A stretch of DNA of 64,000 nt from Candidatus Binatia bacterium (GCA_965658895.1 CBFHUR010000002.1:21451-85450), one strand, 5' to 3'. Counted from the stretch's first letter, positions 8,514 through 21,172 are shown. The notes: generated by a model not told the origin, from the sequence alone. Numbers and translations are program-made.

Positions 8514-11003
8514 CTAATTGGCTGGAGGCTCCGGGGATTCCGGAACATCCGGACTTTCCGCTGCTTCCGGATCGTCACTGAGCTCTGGTGATTCGTCGAC
8601 TCTCGCCAGACTCACCAGACGCTCTCCGTCGTCGATCTCGATCAACTTCACACCTTGGGTATTGCGACCCACGACGCGAATGTCCTCGACACGCAAGCGA
8701 ATCAAACGGCCCCGGTCGGTCACCAACATCAATTCGTCCTGGTCCGAAACCTGAACGACAGCCACCACGTCTCCCGTCTTGGGGCCCACCTTCATGGTCC
8801 GGATGCCCTTGCCGCCGCGAGATTGGCTTCGGTAATCCTCAAGCGCGCTGCGCTTGCCCTGCCCTTTCTCGGAAACCGTCAGGAGGCGGGCTTCTTCGGC
8901 CAGCACTTCCAGACTGACGACCTCGTCCCCGGGGCTCAGGTGAATGCCGCGAACTCCGCCCGCCGAGCGACCCATCGACCGCACACCTTCCTGCGGGAAA
9001 CGGATGGCCATCCCGTTGCGACTCGAGAGCAGAACCTCCTGGTCGGGATCAACCAAAGATGCTCCGATCAGTTCATCATCATCATCAAGATTGATTGCGA
9101 TGATGCCGGCCGTTCGCCGACGCGCATAGGCCATCAAGGGGGTCTTTTTCACCGTACCCTTGCGGGTAGCGAACAATACATGCGGGCCTTCGGTGAACTC
9201 CTGGATTGGCAGGAAGGTCGAGACCTTCTCTCCCGACTCCAACTGCAACAAATTGACGATTGCCTTGCCGCGAGCGATCCGACTCCCTGGCGGGATCTCG
9301 TAGACTTTCCGCCAATGCAACTTGCCGGAGTTCGTCAAGAACAGAAGGATATCATGCGTCGAGGCCACAAAGACTTGTTCGATAAAGTCCTCGTCCCGAG
9401 CGCTGGCCCCCTTCTTTCCGCGCCCACCGCGTCTCTGCGCCCGATACTCGCTCGCCTCGATGCGTTTGACGTATCCCGCGTGCGAGACCGTCACCACGAC
9501 ATCTTCGCGTGGCGTGAGATCTTCCATGGATAGATCGGCAGCGGTTTCGATAATGGTACATCGCCGCTCATCGCCATAGCGCTCTTTCACCACACCGAGC
9601 TCTTCGCGGATAATGCCGTCGATCTCTGCCGGCGTGGCAAGGATATGCTTGAGCCGCGCGATCAAGTCGACCATTTCCTGATGCTCTTCGAGAATCTTGT
9701 CGCGCTCGAGGTTGGTCAATCGCTGCAGGCGCATGTCGAGAATCGCCTGCGCCTGTTTGTCGGATAGCTCGAAGGTGCTGATCAAATCACTTTTCGCCTC
9801 GACGGGGTTTTTGGAGGCGCGGATCAGGGCAATCACGGCGTCGAGATTATCGAGCGCAATTTTGAGACCTTCGAGAATATGCAGCCTCTCTTCGGCCTTG
9901 CGCAGATCGAAAAGAGTCCGACGGGTCACGACCTCGCGGCGGTGGTCGAGAAAGACCAGAAGGGCTTCGCGCAGGTTTAGCAGCTTCGGACGGCCTTCGA
10001 CGATTGCCAACAGGTTCACGCCAAAGGAGTCCTGCATCGAAGTATGTCGGTAGAGCAGATTCAGGACGACCTGCGAATTGGCGTCGCGCTTGAGCTCCAC
10101 AACGATGCGCATCCCGTTGCGATCCGATTCATCACGCAGGTCCGAGATGCCCTCGATTTTCTTTTCGTTGACCAACTCGGCAATGCGCTCGATCAGACGA
10201 GCCTTGTTCACCTGATAGGGGATCGCATCGACGACAATTTTCTCGCGCCCGGTCTTCTCGTTTTCTTCGATTTCCGCACTGGCCCGAACCTGCAAGATCC
10301 CGCGACCTGTCTCGTACGCCTCCCGGATCGGGGCGCGCCCGCAAATGAAACCCCCGGTCGGAAAATCGGGTCCGGGAATATGTTCCATCAAATCCAGCGA
10401 ACTGAGATTGGGTTGCTCGAGCAGAGCGATACAACCATCGACGACTTCGTTGAGGTTATGAGGAGGAATATTGGTGGCCATGCCCACAGCGATTCCCGAT
10501 GCGCCATTGAGCAGCAGATTGGGGATCTTTGCGGGCAGGACAGCCGGTTCGTGTTCGCTCTCGTCATAGTTGGCGATGAAATCGACGGTCTCGCTATCGA
10601 TATCTTCGAGCATCTCGCTGGCGATCCGCTCAAGCCGCGCCTCGGTATAACGCTGGGCTGCGGCCGAATCGCCGTCCACCGAACCGAAGTTCCCCTGACC
10701 ATCCACCAGAGGGTAACGCATCGAGAAATCCTGCGTCATACGAACGAGCGTCTGGTAGGCCGCCGCATCTCCGTGCGGATGGTATTTGCCGATCACATCG
10801 CCGACAATACGGGCCGACTTCTTGTAGGAACGATTCCACTGCACACCGAGTTCGTTCATGGCGTAAAGAACGCGCCGGTGGACGGGCTTGAGACCATCGC
10901 GAGCGTCGGGAAGTGCTCGCCCGATAATGACGCTCATTGCGTAGTCCATATAGGACTGACGCATTTCGTCTTCGATACTGACCGGGATTCGAACTGCCAT
11001 CAA
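8514..11003 (-). CDS. gyrA: DNA gyrase subunit A
   Basis: Canonical N-terminus '[35 protein letters not shown]', the active-site Tyr region, a beta-pinwheel C-terminal domain and an acidic tail. Confidence 0.95.
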   Translation of the reverse strand: MMAVRIPVSIEDEMRQSYMDYAMSVIIGRALPDARDGLKPVHRRVLYAMNELGVQWNRSYKKSARIVGDVIGKYHPHGDAAAYQTLVRMTQDFSMRYPLVDGQGNFGSVDGDSAAAQRYTEARLERIASEMLEDIDSETVDFIANYDESEHEPAVLPAKIPNLLLNGASGIAVGMATNIPPHNLNEVVDGCIALLEQPNLSSLDLMEHIPGPDFPTGGFICGRAPIREAYETGRGILQVRASAEIEENEKTGREKIVVDAIPYQVNKARLIERIAELVNEKKIEGISDLRDESDRNGMRIVVELKRDANSQVVLNLLYRHTSMQDSFGVNLLAIVEGRPKLLNLREALLVFLDHRREVVTRRTLFDLRKAEERLHILEGLKIALDNLDAVIALIRASKNPVEAKSDLISTFELSDKQAQAILDMRLQRLTNLERDKILEEHQEMVDLIARLKHILATPAEIDGIIREELGVVKERYGDERRCTIIETAADLSMEDLTPREDVVVTVSHAGYVKRIEASEYRAQRRGGRGKKGASARDEDFIEQVFVASTHDILLFLTNSGKLHWRKVYEIPPGSRIARGKAIVNLLQLESGEKVSTFLPIQEFTEGPHVLFATRKGTVKKTPLMAYARRRTAGIIAINLDDDDELIGASLVDPDQEVLLSSRNGMAIRFPQEGVRSMGRSAGGVRGIHLSPGDEVVSLEVLAEEARLLTVSEKGQGKRSALEDYRSQSRGGKGIRTMKVGPKTGDVVAVVQVSDQDELMLVTDRGRLIRLRVEDIRVVGRNTQGVKLIEIDDGERLVSLARVDESPELSDDPEAAESPDVPESPEPPAN

Positions 11004-11010
11004 ATTTCCT

Positions 11011-13491
<2,481 letters not shown>

Positions 13492-13562
13492 TTAGCAGAA
13501 GATGGACCCGATCCAAAGGGAATCCGGCCCAGTTTTACAGGCTTTTTTGCTTCAATTGTGCC

Positions 13563-13593
13563 GCCTGCCCGGCAGCTTTCCAACCGGGCAGGC
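13563..13593. other. perfect 10-bp GC stem-loop (GCCTGCCCGG...CCGGGCAGGC) in the dnaN-gyrB spacer
   Basis: Read directly in the sequence. No T-run on the transcribed (minus) strand, so it is not a classical terminator. Confidence 0.4.
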
Positions 13594-13613
13594 CCGGCCC
13601 CCGATTTGGGGAA

Positions 13614-14729
13614 TCAGAGCCGCATCGGCATGACGACGTAGCGGTAGGAATCATCCTCTTCCGTCGAGATGACACCGGCACTGGTTTCATCGGAAAGTCC
13701 GAGCGAAACCCTCTGGTCTTCGGGCAGAACACCGAGCACATCGGTCAGATAGCGGGCATTGAAGCCGACCTCGACCTTGGCGCCTTTGTAGTCCACAGCC
13801 AACTCTTCGCTGGCTTCGCCGAAATCCGGACTGCTGGCAGCCACACGCAGGAGCCCCTTTTCCAGATGGAGCCGAACCCCTCGGGCACGATCGCTGGCAA
13901 CGACCGATACCCTCTTCAGAGCGGCGAAAAACTCTCCCTTGTCCACCGCAACCGAGATCTTGGTGTTCTCGGGGACGACTTGCTCGTAATTCGGAAACTC
14001 TCCGTCGACCAGGCGCATCACCAAATCCACATTGCTCTGCTCGACGCGGATCGCATTTCCCAGCAGACGGATATTCGCATTTCCCTCGGCTTCATCGAGC
14101 AGTTTCCGCAGTTCGGCGAGACCTTTGCGGGGCAGGATGATGCCCTTTTCGACGGATCCCTTGTCCGATTTTCCGATATCAACATCCGCCAGGGCCAAAC
14201 GGTGGCCATCGGTTCCGACAAAACGGAAGCCCCCGTCGGTGGCCGTCAGCAGAACCCCACCCAGGTGAGATCTCGTATCATCAGTAGAAACCGCAAATAG
14301 AGTCCTGTCGATGGCCTTCTGCAGGCTTTCCACCGCCAATTCGATATTGGTCCCACCTTTGGAGCTACCGGTCGGGAAAGTGGGAAAATCGGCCGGTGCC
14401 AGCCCCACCAGCTTGACCTTGGATCGGTTCGAGGTGACTTCGACAAAGTCATTGTCGAGCGAGCGGATCGTGACCTCGCCGGCGCCCAATTCGCGAATCA
14501 GTTCGAAAAGCTTTCGGGCCCCGACAGTGGCGGAACCTGTTTTCTTCACTTTCGCCGAACAAGTCCGCTTGAGATGAACCTCGAGGTCGGTTGCTGAAAT
14601 GGAAAGTTGATCTCCTTCGGCTTCGAGAAGAACATTCGCGAGGATCGGCATGGTGTTCCGTCTCTCGACGACACCCTGCGCCAGTCCCAGACTTTGCATC
14701 AGATCAGATCGGTCGATTGTGAATTCCAT
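13614..14729 (-). CDS. dnaN: DNA polymerase III beta sliding clamp
   Basis: 371 aa with the typical N-terminus 'MEFTIDRSDLMQSLGLAQGVVERRNTMPILANVLLEA'. Confidence 0.9.
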   Translation of the reverse strand: MEFTIDRSDLMQSLGLAQGVVERRNTMPILANVLLEAEGDQLSISATDLEVHLKRTCSAKVKKTGSATVGARKLFELIRELGAGEVTIRSLDNDFVEVTSNRSKVKLVGLAPADFPTFPTGSSKGGTNIELAVESLQKAIDRTLFAVSTDDTRSHLGGVLLTATDGGFRFVGTDGHRLALADVDIGKSDKGSVEKGIILPRKGLAELRKLLDEAEGNANIRLLGNAIRVEQSNVDLVMRLVDGEFPNYEQVVPENTKISVAVDKGEFFAALKRVSVVASDRARGVRLHLEKGLLRVAASSPDFGEASEELAVDYKGAKVEVGFNARYLTDVLGVLPEDQRVSLGLSDETSAGVISTEEDDSYRYVVMPMRL

Positions 14730-15062
14730 GTTCTTTTACTTTCCTTCAGCCAGAATCTTACCTTCAAAGCTCTACTCTACTTATGAGTCTATATTAAATT
14801 ACTAGTAGTAGTAGAACCTGTGGATTGCGTGGAAAACTAACGAATCACCTACGTAGTCATGGGAAAAGCGTTGTCGATAATCGGTTCATGAAAATCCCCG
14901 GAATTGTTCCCAGAAGCAAACCCAGGAGAAAGTCCCCGGATCGCACCCACCTTGCCCACAGGCTTTCCACACCCATAAATTGCCCCAGTTTCAGGTCCGA
15001 AAAAAGCGGAGCCCGGTGATTCAAATGAATCGGGCCAACCGGATCAGATCGAGCGGGTCGAT
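14730..15062. other. candidate oriC segment: AT-rich DNA-unwinding element (about 14745-14815) plus DnaA-box-like 9-mers
   Basis: dnaN-dnaA intergenic region. The AT stretch 'ctactctacttatgagtctatattaaattactagtagtagtag' sits in a 63% GC genome. Boxes: cgTGGAAAA (revcomp TTTTCCACG), TGTGGATTG (revcomp CAATCCACA), TTGTCGATAA (revcomp TTATCGACA) and TTTCCACAC. Confidence 0.5.
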
Positions 15063-16412
15063 TCAGGAGGGTTGGGAATGGCGAACCGCTTGATCAAGAG
15101 TCTGGACGGTTTGCAGCAGAGTCCGGTCCCGGTCCATACCCTTGCGGATCTTGTCGCAGGCATGAATCACCGTGGAATGGTCCCGTCCACCGAAAGCCTG
15201 GCCAATGGCCGGGTAGGACGTACCGATGATCTCGCGAGCCAGATACATCGCGATCTGGCGCGCCAGCGCGATATGCTGGGTGCGCCTCTTGGAGCAGATC
15301 TCGGAGACCGAGAGGCGGAAATGACTGGCAACAGCGTCCTGAATCTCGGAAATGCTCGTCGGTGCGACGACCCGCCGGGTTTGTCGCGAGAGGACTTCCT
15401 GAGCAAATCCGAGGTTCATCTCTCGGTCGGTCAGGGAAGCCATCGCGCCCAGGCGAGTGATGGCTCCTTCGATCTCGCGTACGTTATCTCCGACGCATTC
15501 AGCAATGAAGTTACCGACTTCGTTGGGGATTTTCAGTCCGGCCTGGATCGCCTTGGCTTGGACGATTGCGACCCGGGTCTCGATCTCCGGGGTTTGGATA
15601 TCCGCGGTCAGACCCCATTCGAACCGATTTCGAAGGCGTTCTTCCAGATCCGGGATATCCTTGGGGAATTTGTCGGAAGTCAGGACAATCTGCTTGTGCG
15701 ACTCATGCAGCGAATTGAAGGTATGGAAGAATTCTTCCTGAGTTCGTTCGCGGCCGGCCAGAAATTGCGCATCGTCCAGAATGAGCAGGTCCACCTTGCG
15801 GAAGCGGTTCTTGAAATCCGCCATCTTGTCTTGCCGCAGCGAAGTGATCAGATCGTTCACGAACGATTCGCTGGAGAGGTAGGCGATCTTGGCAGCCGGA
15901 TTTTTCTCCAGGACCCGATGTCCGATGGCATTGACCAGATGGGTTTTCCCGATCCCGACGGATCCATAGATGAAAAGAGGGTTGTAGAGTTCGCCCGGCT
16001 TGGAGGCGACAGCCAGAGCCGCCGCATGAGCAAATTGATTGCTCGGGCCGACGACAAAGGAGTCGAAGGTATAACGCTCTACCAGATTGCCGCGCCGTGC
16101 TCGTGAGCGAGGCGCACGCTTTCTTGCGGGTGTGGCTGTCGGCGCCGGGTTGGCCGTGAAGAGCTCGTGCTGCTTGCCCTCATCGATCTCGAAGATGATT
16201 TCGGGCCCGGGGCCCTCACCTTCCCGAAGCGAGTTTCGCAGGGCATCGAGATAGTTCCGGCTCACCCAATCGCGGTAAAATTTGCTAGGTACATGGATGA
16301 CGGCACGACCCGCAGCGAGGCTACCCAGGCGCAGAGGTTTGATCCAAGCATCATAATGCTCTTCACCAACATTCTGGCGGAGTATCCGCTGAGCTCTTTG
16401 CCAGCTCTCCAT
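15063..16412 (-). CDS. dnaA: chromosomal replication initiator DnaA
   Basis: AAA+ Walker A 'GSVGIGKTHL' and C-terminal DNA-binding domain 'IALARQIAMYLAREI'. Confidence 0.95.
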   Translation of the reverse strand: MESWQRAQRILRQNVGEEHYDAWIKPLRLGSLAAGRAVIHVPSKFYRDWVSRNYLDALRNSLREGEGPGPEIIFEIDEGKQHELFTANPAPTATPARKRAPRSRARRGNLVERYTFDSFVVGPSNQFAHAAALAVASKPGELYNPLFIYGSVGIGKTHLVNAIGHRVLEKNPAAKIAYLSSESFVNDLITSLRQDKMADFKNRFRKVDLLILDDAQFLAGRERTQEEFFHTFNSLHESHKQIVLTSDKFPKDIPDLEERLRNRFEWGLTADIQTPEIETRVAIVQAKAIQAGLKIPNEVGNFIAECVGDNVREIEGAITRLGAMASLTDREMNLGFAQEVLSRQTRRVVAPTSISEIQDAVASHFRLSVSEICSKRRTQHIALARQIAMYLAREIIGTSYPAIGQAFGGRDHSTVIHACDKIRKGMDRDRTLLQTVQTLDQAVRHSQPS

Positions 16413-16439
16413 GACTTATACCGACAACCTTTCTCCAAC

Positions 16440-16541
16440 TTTTCCACAGGGCGATATGGCGCTGTGGAAAAACATGTTTTTTTCTGGAATATCAGGTACT
16501 TGGGCCACGCCCAACAAAAGGTTTTCCACGGGGGGTATAAT
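16440..16541. promoter_or_regulatory. DnaA-box cluster upstream of dnaA (TTTTCCACA 16440-16448, inverted TGTGGAAAA 16464-16472, TTTTCCACG 16522-16530) followed by a perfect TATAAT (16536-16541) on the plus strand
   Basis: Read directly. The boxes match the TTWTNCACA consensus. The region is relatively AT-rich and coincides with the coding-strand switch. Confidence 0.5.
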
Positions 16542-16775
16542 GTAGGGAGTTTCGCTCACCCAACGGCCGCGAGAAGCAGCAGGCGGGTGCCGAAATTTGT
16601 AAAGCAAAAAAATGAAGTTTGGATCCGCGCCGACGAGGCTCGGAAGGCGTTTCTTAAGCCGACCCCGGAGAAGATTCAAGACCTGCATCCGATGAAATCC
16701 TTAGGCAGGCAATTTTCCAAAGGAAAAATTTTCGATACTGTAACAATTGGTTTGCGGGAAACTTCAAAGAAGCTG

Positions 16776-18023
16776 ATGAGCCGCGCGCGCAAGGTTGCGC
16801 CCGCGGGTGTGAATAGTCCGGTTCGCGCCTGGAATGCGGTGGGTGGAGACCCTCTGGTTCTGGTGCGCGGGCGCGGAGCCGAAGTCTATGATGCCGACGG
16901 GAATGGTTACGTCGACATGGTGTGCGCCTGGGGCCCGTTGATTGCGGGTCACGCACACCCCGATGTGGTCAACGCCGTTCTCCATGTCGCGAAACGAGGC
17001 ACGGGTTTCGGTGCACCAACGCCACCGGAGATCGAATTGGGGGAGCGCATCGTCGAGGCTTTCCCCGCGATTGAAAAGGTTCGTTTGGTGACCTCGGGCA
17101 CCGAGGCAACCATGACCGCGATCCGACTGGCACGTGGTGCTACCGGTCGAGACCGAATCGTGAAGATGAATGGCTGTTATCACGGCCATAGCGACGGGCT
17201 TCTCGTAAAGGCCGGCTCCGGAGCGGCCACTCTCGGTGTCCCGGATAGCGCGGGGGTACCGGAGCCGATCGGGGGTCTCACCAGTGTGGTTCCCTACAAC
17301 GATCTGGAAGCACTTCGCGGTTCTTTGGCGGAAGAAAACCCAGTAGCTGCGGTCATTATTGAGCCGATTGCCGCAAATATGGGCGTTGTGCCGCCGGTCC
17401 CTGGTTACCTCGAAGGGGTTATCGAGGCCACGCATGCGGCCGGCGGGTTGGTGATCTTTGATGAGGTTATCACCGGCCTTCGGGTGGCCCGCGGCGGCGC
17501 GCAAGAGCTCTATGGTCTGCAGCCGGATCTCACGGCACTCGGCAAGGTCATCGGTGGCGGGTTGCCGCTGGCTGCTGTCGGTGGGCGCGCGGATTTGATG
17601 GACTACCTCGCGCCCGACGGTCCGGTCTATCAAGCAGGCACGCTCTCGGGAAATCCCGTGGCCAGCACATCGGGCAAGGAGACCATGAAGTTGCTCACGC
17701 CCGAAGCCTACGAGCGTCTCGAGAAAACCGGCGCGCAACTGGAAGCCGGTCTTCGGGAACGAATGCAGGCCGCCGGGGTGCCGGGCTGCATCCAACGCGT
17801 GGGCTCCTTGTTGACTCTCTTCTTCGGCATCTCCGAGGTTCGGAATTTCGAACAGGCACAGCAGAACGATAAGGAGGCCTTTGCGCGCTTCTTCCGCGCC
17901 ATGTCGGCGGCGGGTATCAATCTCCCGCCCTCTTCTTTCGAGGCGTGGTTTGTCTCGCTCGCGCATGGCGAGGCGGAAGTCGAGCGCGTGCTCGATGCGG
18001 CGCAAGCATCCTTTCGGAGCTAG
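16776..18023 (+). CDS. hemL: glutamate-1-semialdehyde 2,1-aminomutase
   Basis: 'GVNSPVRAW' and PLP-fold motifs, 415 aa. Start trimmed to MSRARK. The N-terminal 200 aa of the ORF-track entry overlaps dnaA antisense and is AT-rich non-coding sequence. Confidence 0.85.
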   Translation: MSRARKVAPAGVNSPVRAWNAVGGDPLVLVRGRGAEVYDADGNGYVDMVCAWGPLIAGHAHPDVVNAVLHVAKRGTGFGAPTPPEIELGERIVEAFPAIEKVRLVTSGTEATMTAIRLARGATGRDRIVKMNGCYHGHSDGLLVKAGSGAATLGVPDSAGVPEPIGGLTSVVPYNDLEALRGSLAEENPVAAVIIEPIAANMGVVPPVPGYLEGVIEATHAAGGLVIFDEVITGLRVARGGAQELYGLQPDLTALGKVIGGGLPLAAVGGRADLMDYLAPDGPVYQAGTLSGNPVASTSGKETMKLLTPEAYERLEKTGAQLEAGLRERMQAAGVPGCIQRVGSLLTLFFGISEVRNFEQAQQNDKEAFARFFRAMSAAGINLPPSSFEAWFVSLAHGEAEVERVLDAAQASFRS

Positions 18024-18032
18024 GATGCCGCC

Positions 18033-18293
18033 ATGAACGAGACGCCAAAGGATCCCGGACCTTCCCGGGGGTCCGCGCCGACCAAGCGCCAGGTAGGAAT
18101 GCAGATGACCGCTCTGGGGCTCGAGTTCTCCGCCTCGACCCTCGGCGGCATGGCTGTCGGTTGGTACGCCGACGGCTATTTTGACACCGGGCCTTGGCTT
18201 TTCATGGTGGGCACCTTTGCCGGGCTGGCGACGTCCTTTATTCGAATTATTCAGTTATCCCGGCAGTTTGACCGGGCCCGGGACGATGGCTGA
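18033..18293 (+). CDS. AtpZ/AtpI-like small membrane protein of the F0 operon
   Basis: Hydrophobic hairpin 'GGMAVGWYADGYFDTGPWLFMVGTFAGLATSFIRI', typical of ATP-synthase protein I/AtpZ. Lies immediately upstream of atpI-like and atpB. Confidence 0.5.
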   Translation: MNETPKDPGPSRGSAPTKRQVGMQMTALGLEFSASTLGGMAVGWYADGYFDTGPWLFMVGTFAGLATSFIRIIQLSRQFDRARDDG

Positions 18294-18699
18294 CCCGCAG
18301 CCGATCGCGGCGCCGCCGGGCGACGACGGCGAACCCTATGTGCCGGGGGCGCCGCTGCGGCTCGGCTCCATCCTTGGTTGGCAGACCTTTGCCATTTTAT
18401 GCGGTGCAGGTATCCAGCTGAGCATCGCCCGCGGGGCCCCCCTCAGTCTGCTGATGGGGGCGCTTTTGATGACCGGCAGCCTCCTGCTCAGCAGGCAGGC
18501 CTTCCATTTTGCCACGCGGAACCAAAAAAGGCCCTTTCTGGCAATGCTTTTTTTCTTTTTGAAGCTGGCACTCTTCCTCGGCCTGGCCATTTTCGGCCTC
18601 TCGGGCCAAATGCTGGGCGCGATGTCATTTGCGGCCGGCGCCACCACGCTACCCATGGCGATTGTGGCCGACGCGTGTTACCCAATTTGCCGGCAGTAG
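18286..18699 (+). CDS. ATP synthase protein I-like hydrophobic protein
   Basis: Four predicted TM segments, an 8-bp overlap with the upstream gene and a position before atpB. Start at MADPQ. Confidence 0.4.
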   Translation: MADPQPIAAPPGDDGEPYVPGAPLRLGSILGWQTFAILCGAGIQLSIARGAPLSLLMGALLMTGSLLLSRQAFHFATRNQKRPFLAMLFFFLKLALFLGLAIFGLSGQMLGAMSFAAGATTLPMAIVADACYPICRQ

Positions 18700-18733
18700 C
18701 GCTTGCCGCTGCTTTTCTGCGAAAAGGAAAGAA

Positions 18734-19447
18734 ATGGAACATCCGGTCACCTGGGTAGGACTTCTCGGCGTCCCCGATCTTTGGAAATCTGTTGTCACTG
18801 GGCTCTTTGTGATGAGCGTGCTGGTGCTTCTGGCCGCTCGCGCCCGCAGTGCCATCACCTCGGGCGGAGACCAGATTCTGGTGCCCGACGAGAGCCTGAC
18901 CGCGCGCAACTTCTTCGAGTTGATCGTCGAGTTTATCGCCGACATGTGCGAGGCCGTCATCGGCAAGGGTTCGTCGACTTATGTGCCTATTCTGGCGGTG
19001 TTTTTTCTTTTCATCATCACCTCCAACCTGCTGGGCCTGGTGCCCGGTTTCGGGCCGCCGACCAGTGATTTCGACATCACCTTCGCGCTCGGCGTCTGTT
19101 CGTTCATTGTCTTCAACTACTACGGCTTCAAGGTCGCGGGTATCGGCTACCTCAAACATATGGCCGGTCCCTTCTGGTGGCTGGCCTGGTTGATCTTCCC
19201 GCTGGAAATGATCGGGGTCTTTGTCCGACCGGCGTCTCTCGGATTGCGCCTGTTCGGCAATATGTTTGGTGACCATCTGGTTCTCGAGATCTTCACGGAC
19301 CTCACCAAGGTCGTCATACCGGTCGTATTCTACTTTCTCGGAACTCTGGTTTCGGTGATTCAGGCTTTTGTCTTCATGCTTTTGAGCATGATCTATATCG
19401 CTCTGGGTGTGCATTCTGCAGACCATGGGCACGGCGAGGGACACTAA
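18734..19447 (+). CDS. atpB: F0F1 ATP synthase subunit a
   Basis: 'LGLRLFGNMFGDHLV' with the essential Arg. RBS AAAGGAAAGAA before ATG 18734. Confidence 0.85.
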   Translation: MEHPVTWVGLLGVPDLWKSVVTGLFVMSVLVLLAARARSAITSGGDQILVPDESLTARNFFELIVEFIADMCEAVIGKGSSTYVPILAVFFLFIITSNLLGLVPGFGPPTSDFDITFALGVCSFIVFNYYGFKVAGIGYLKHMAGPFWWLAWLIFPLEMIGVFVRPASLGLRLFGNMFGDHLVLEIFTDLTKVVIPVVFYFLGTLVSVIQAFVFMLLSMIYIALGVHSADHGHGEGH

Positions 19448-19566
19448 GCGGTCCTTCGGAAATTACGCAGGCTTGCGTCCGGACCCACGCGTTGTGGTGG
19501 TGAGGATGAAGACAGAGGATCGGGTCCACAAGGACCAGCGAGCCGGGCGGGAGAGGAGAACAAATA

Positions 19567-19890
19567 ATGGGAATCCAAATTGCTATTTTCACGGTGCTCG
19601 CCACCGTTCTGACCGTTGTCTTTCCGGATGCTGCCTTGGCGGCTGACGGTGGTGGCGGCGACTACGGCCTGATCGCTCTGGCTTCGGCTATCGCGATTGC
19701 CGGTGCCGCGATCGGTGCCGCCCTCGGACAGGGACGTGGCCTCACGGCTGCGATGGAATCCATCGGCCGCAATCCGAATTCGGCTGATCGGATCCAGACC
19801 CCGATGATTCTGGGTCTCGCCTTCATCGAAGCTTTGGCCATTTACGCTCTGGTCATCGCCTTCTTGCTGCAAGGCAAGATCCCGGCCTGA
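19567..19890 (+). CDS. atpE: F0F1 ATP synthase subunit c with a roughly 30-aa N-terminal hydrophobic extension
   Basis: 'GAAIGAALGQGRG...NPNSADRIQTPMILGLAFIEALAIYALV' gives the c-subunit hairpin with its carboxylate E. Strong RBS GGAGAGGAG before ATG 19567. There is no internal Met before the core. Confidence 0.85.
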   Translation: MGIQIAIFTVLATVLTVVFPDAALAADGGGGDYGLIALASAIAIAGAAIGAALGQGRGLTAAMESIGRNPNSADRIQTPMILGLAFIEALAIYALVIAFLLQGKIPA

Positions 19891-19913
19891 TCCACGTATT
19901 TTGTGGTGAAAAA

Positions 19914-19944
19914 CCCCATCCGCTCCGGCGGGTGGGGTTTTTTT
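19914..19944 (+). terminator. rho-independent terminator after atpE (CCCCATCCGC-tccg-GCGGGTGGGG followed by TTTTTTT)
   Basis: Read directly. A GC stem plus a 7-T run lie 24 nt after the stop codon. Confidence 0.65.
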
Positions 19945-20034
19945 ATGCTCTCGACGCGAGGATGAGGCGTCGGGCCGTCCGATTGACTCGGCGTCCTTTT
20001 TGTCGATTAGTGGGAGACATCCGGCACGGGTCGG

Positions 20035-21096
20035 ATGGGTAGTTGGCAACATCTACCCGCAGAGCGGCGAGAGGCGCTCGCCGAAGGGGGTGGAATCGTG
20101 GAGAAGGAACCGCGGGTCGAGCCGAAAACTTCCACGGATGAAGAGGTTGAAGGGCCCTCTGTTGCCGCCGTATCTGCGGCGGCGGCGGCTGCGGCTGCCG
20201 CCGGGTCCAAACCACCCACACTGGCGATGGCCGGCCGCATTTTCGGAAAGCGGCGGACCGTCTTCAGCTCGATCCCGATCGGCGAGATCCAAACCAACCC
20301 CAAGCAACCCAGACAGCATTTCGAAGAGAAGGCTCTCGAGGATCTGGCGGAGTCGATTCGCAAGCGAGGCGTTTTGCAACCGGTGATCGTCCGTCCGGAA
20401 CCCGAAGGCGGCTATACTCTGATTGCGGGGGAGCGTCGCTTGCGCGCGTCTCAACGGGCCGGGGTGGCGCAGATCCCGGCGATGATGAGCGAGGACGATT
20501 TGCTCGAGGTCGCGCTCGAGGAAAACGTCCAGCGTGAAGACCTCTCGCCCCTGGAAGAGGCCGAGGCTCTCTCGCTGCTTGCCTCCGAGCGCAGTCTGTC
20601 CCATGGGGACCTGGCTCGGGTGATCAATAAAAGCCGTCCCTATGTGTCCAATACTCTGGCGCTCACCCGGTTGCCCGACGACATCAAGCAGGAGTATTTC
20701 TCTCTCGAGGCGCCAGCTTCCCGGGAGATCATGATCAGCATCGCCAGACAGGAATCCGAGGAAGCGATGCGGGTTCTCTGGAAACGGGTCAAGCTGGATG
20801 CAATCTCGGTTCGGAGTTTCCGCAACGAGCAACGAGCGGCGAATCCCGAGGCGAGTTCCCGGCCGGTTTTGCGCGCGGTTCGCCGACTCGGCCGCGCGAT
20901 CCGCGGGTTTCCCGATCCTCAATCGCTCCCTCCGGCCGAGGTGGCGCCGCTGCGTCGCAGCCTGATCCGGATGCGAAATCGGATCGAAAAAGTCCTCGAA
21001 ACGCTGCCGGAAGAGCACAAGCCGACTCCTCTGGTCAGGAAGGCTGCGGCCGGTTCCGCGGAGAATTCGGCACAATCGGAGCCTGCCGGGACTTGA
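20035..21096 (+). CDS. ParB/Spo0J-family CTPase-like partition protein (orphan, no parA nearby)
   Basis: The ParB N-domain carries the 'GERRLRA' box. A poly-Ala/Gly-rich linker precedes it. The C-terminal third is atypical. The start is uncertain (ATG 20035 or GTG near 20095). Confidence 0.7.
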   Translation: MGSWQHLPAERREALAEGGGIVEKEPRVEPKTSTDEEVEGPSVAAVSAAAAAAAAAGSKPPTLAMAGRIFGKRRTVFSSIPIGEIQTNPKQPRQHFEEKALEDLAESIRKRGVLQPVIVRPEPEGGYTLIAGERRLRASQRAGVAQIPAMMSEDDLLEVALEENVQREDLSPLEEAEALSLLASERSLSHGDLARVINKSRPYVSNTLALTRLPDDIKQEYFSLEAPASREIMISIARQESEEAMRVLWKRVKLDAISVRSFRNEQRAANPEASSRPVLRAVRRLGRAIRGFPDPQSLPPAEVAPLRRSLIRMRNRIEKVLETLPEEHKPTPLVRKAAAGSAENSAQSEPAGT

Positions 21097-21172
21097 GTCT
21101 GGTGTCGGAATGTCCGAAGACTCCAGAAGGGACTTCGTGCGTTGCACGGCAACCCCAAGGGGGACCAACGGA

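Noticed and set aside
15072-16106. 344-aa plus-strand ORF inside dnaA. Similar long antisense ORFs occur in gyrA (8655-9533, 10044-11054), atpB (18488-19444), parB (20053-21273) and hemL (16764-18005).
   Set aside because: Each is the mirror frame of a confidently identified gene and shows no independent signals.
16167-16775. N-terminal 200-aa extension of the hemL ORF-track entry overlapping dnaA
   Set aside because: The extension is antisense to dnaA and then runs through AT-rich non-coding DNA containing DnaA boxes. HemL homology begins at MSRARK (16776), which has its own RBS.
19960-20034. Possible parS site near the parB-like gene
   Set aside because: CCACGTATTTTGTGG and nearby sequences do not approximate the 16-bp TGTTNCACGTGAAACA palindrome. 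No parS called.
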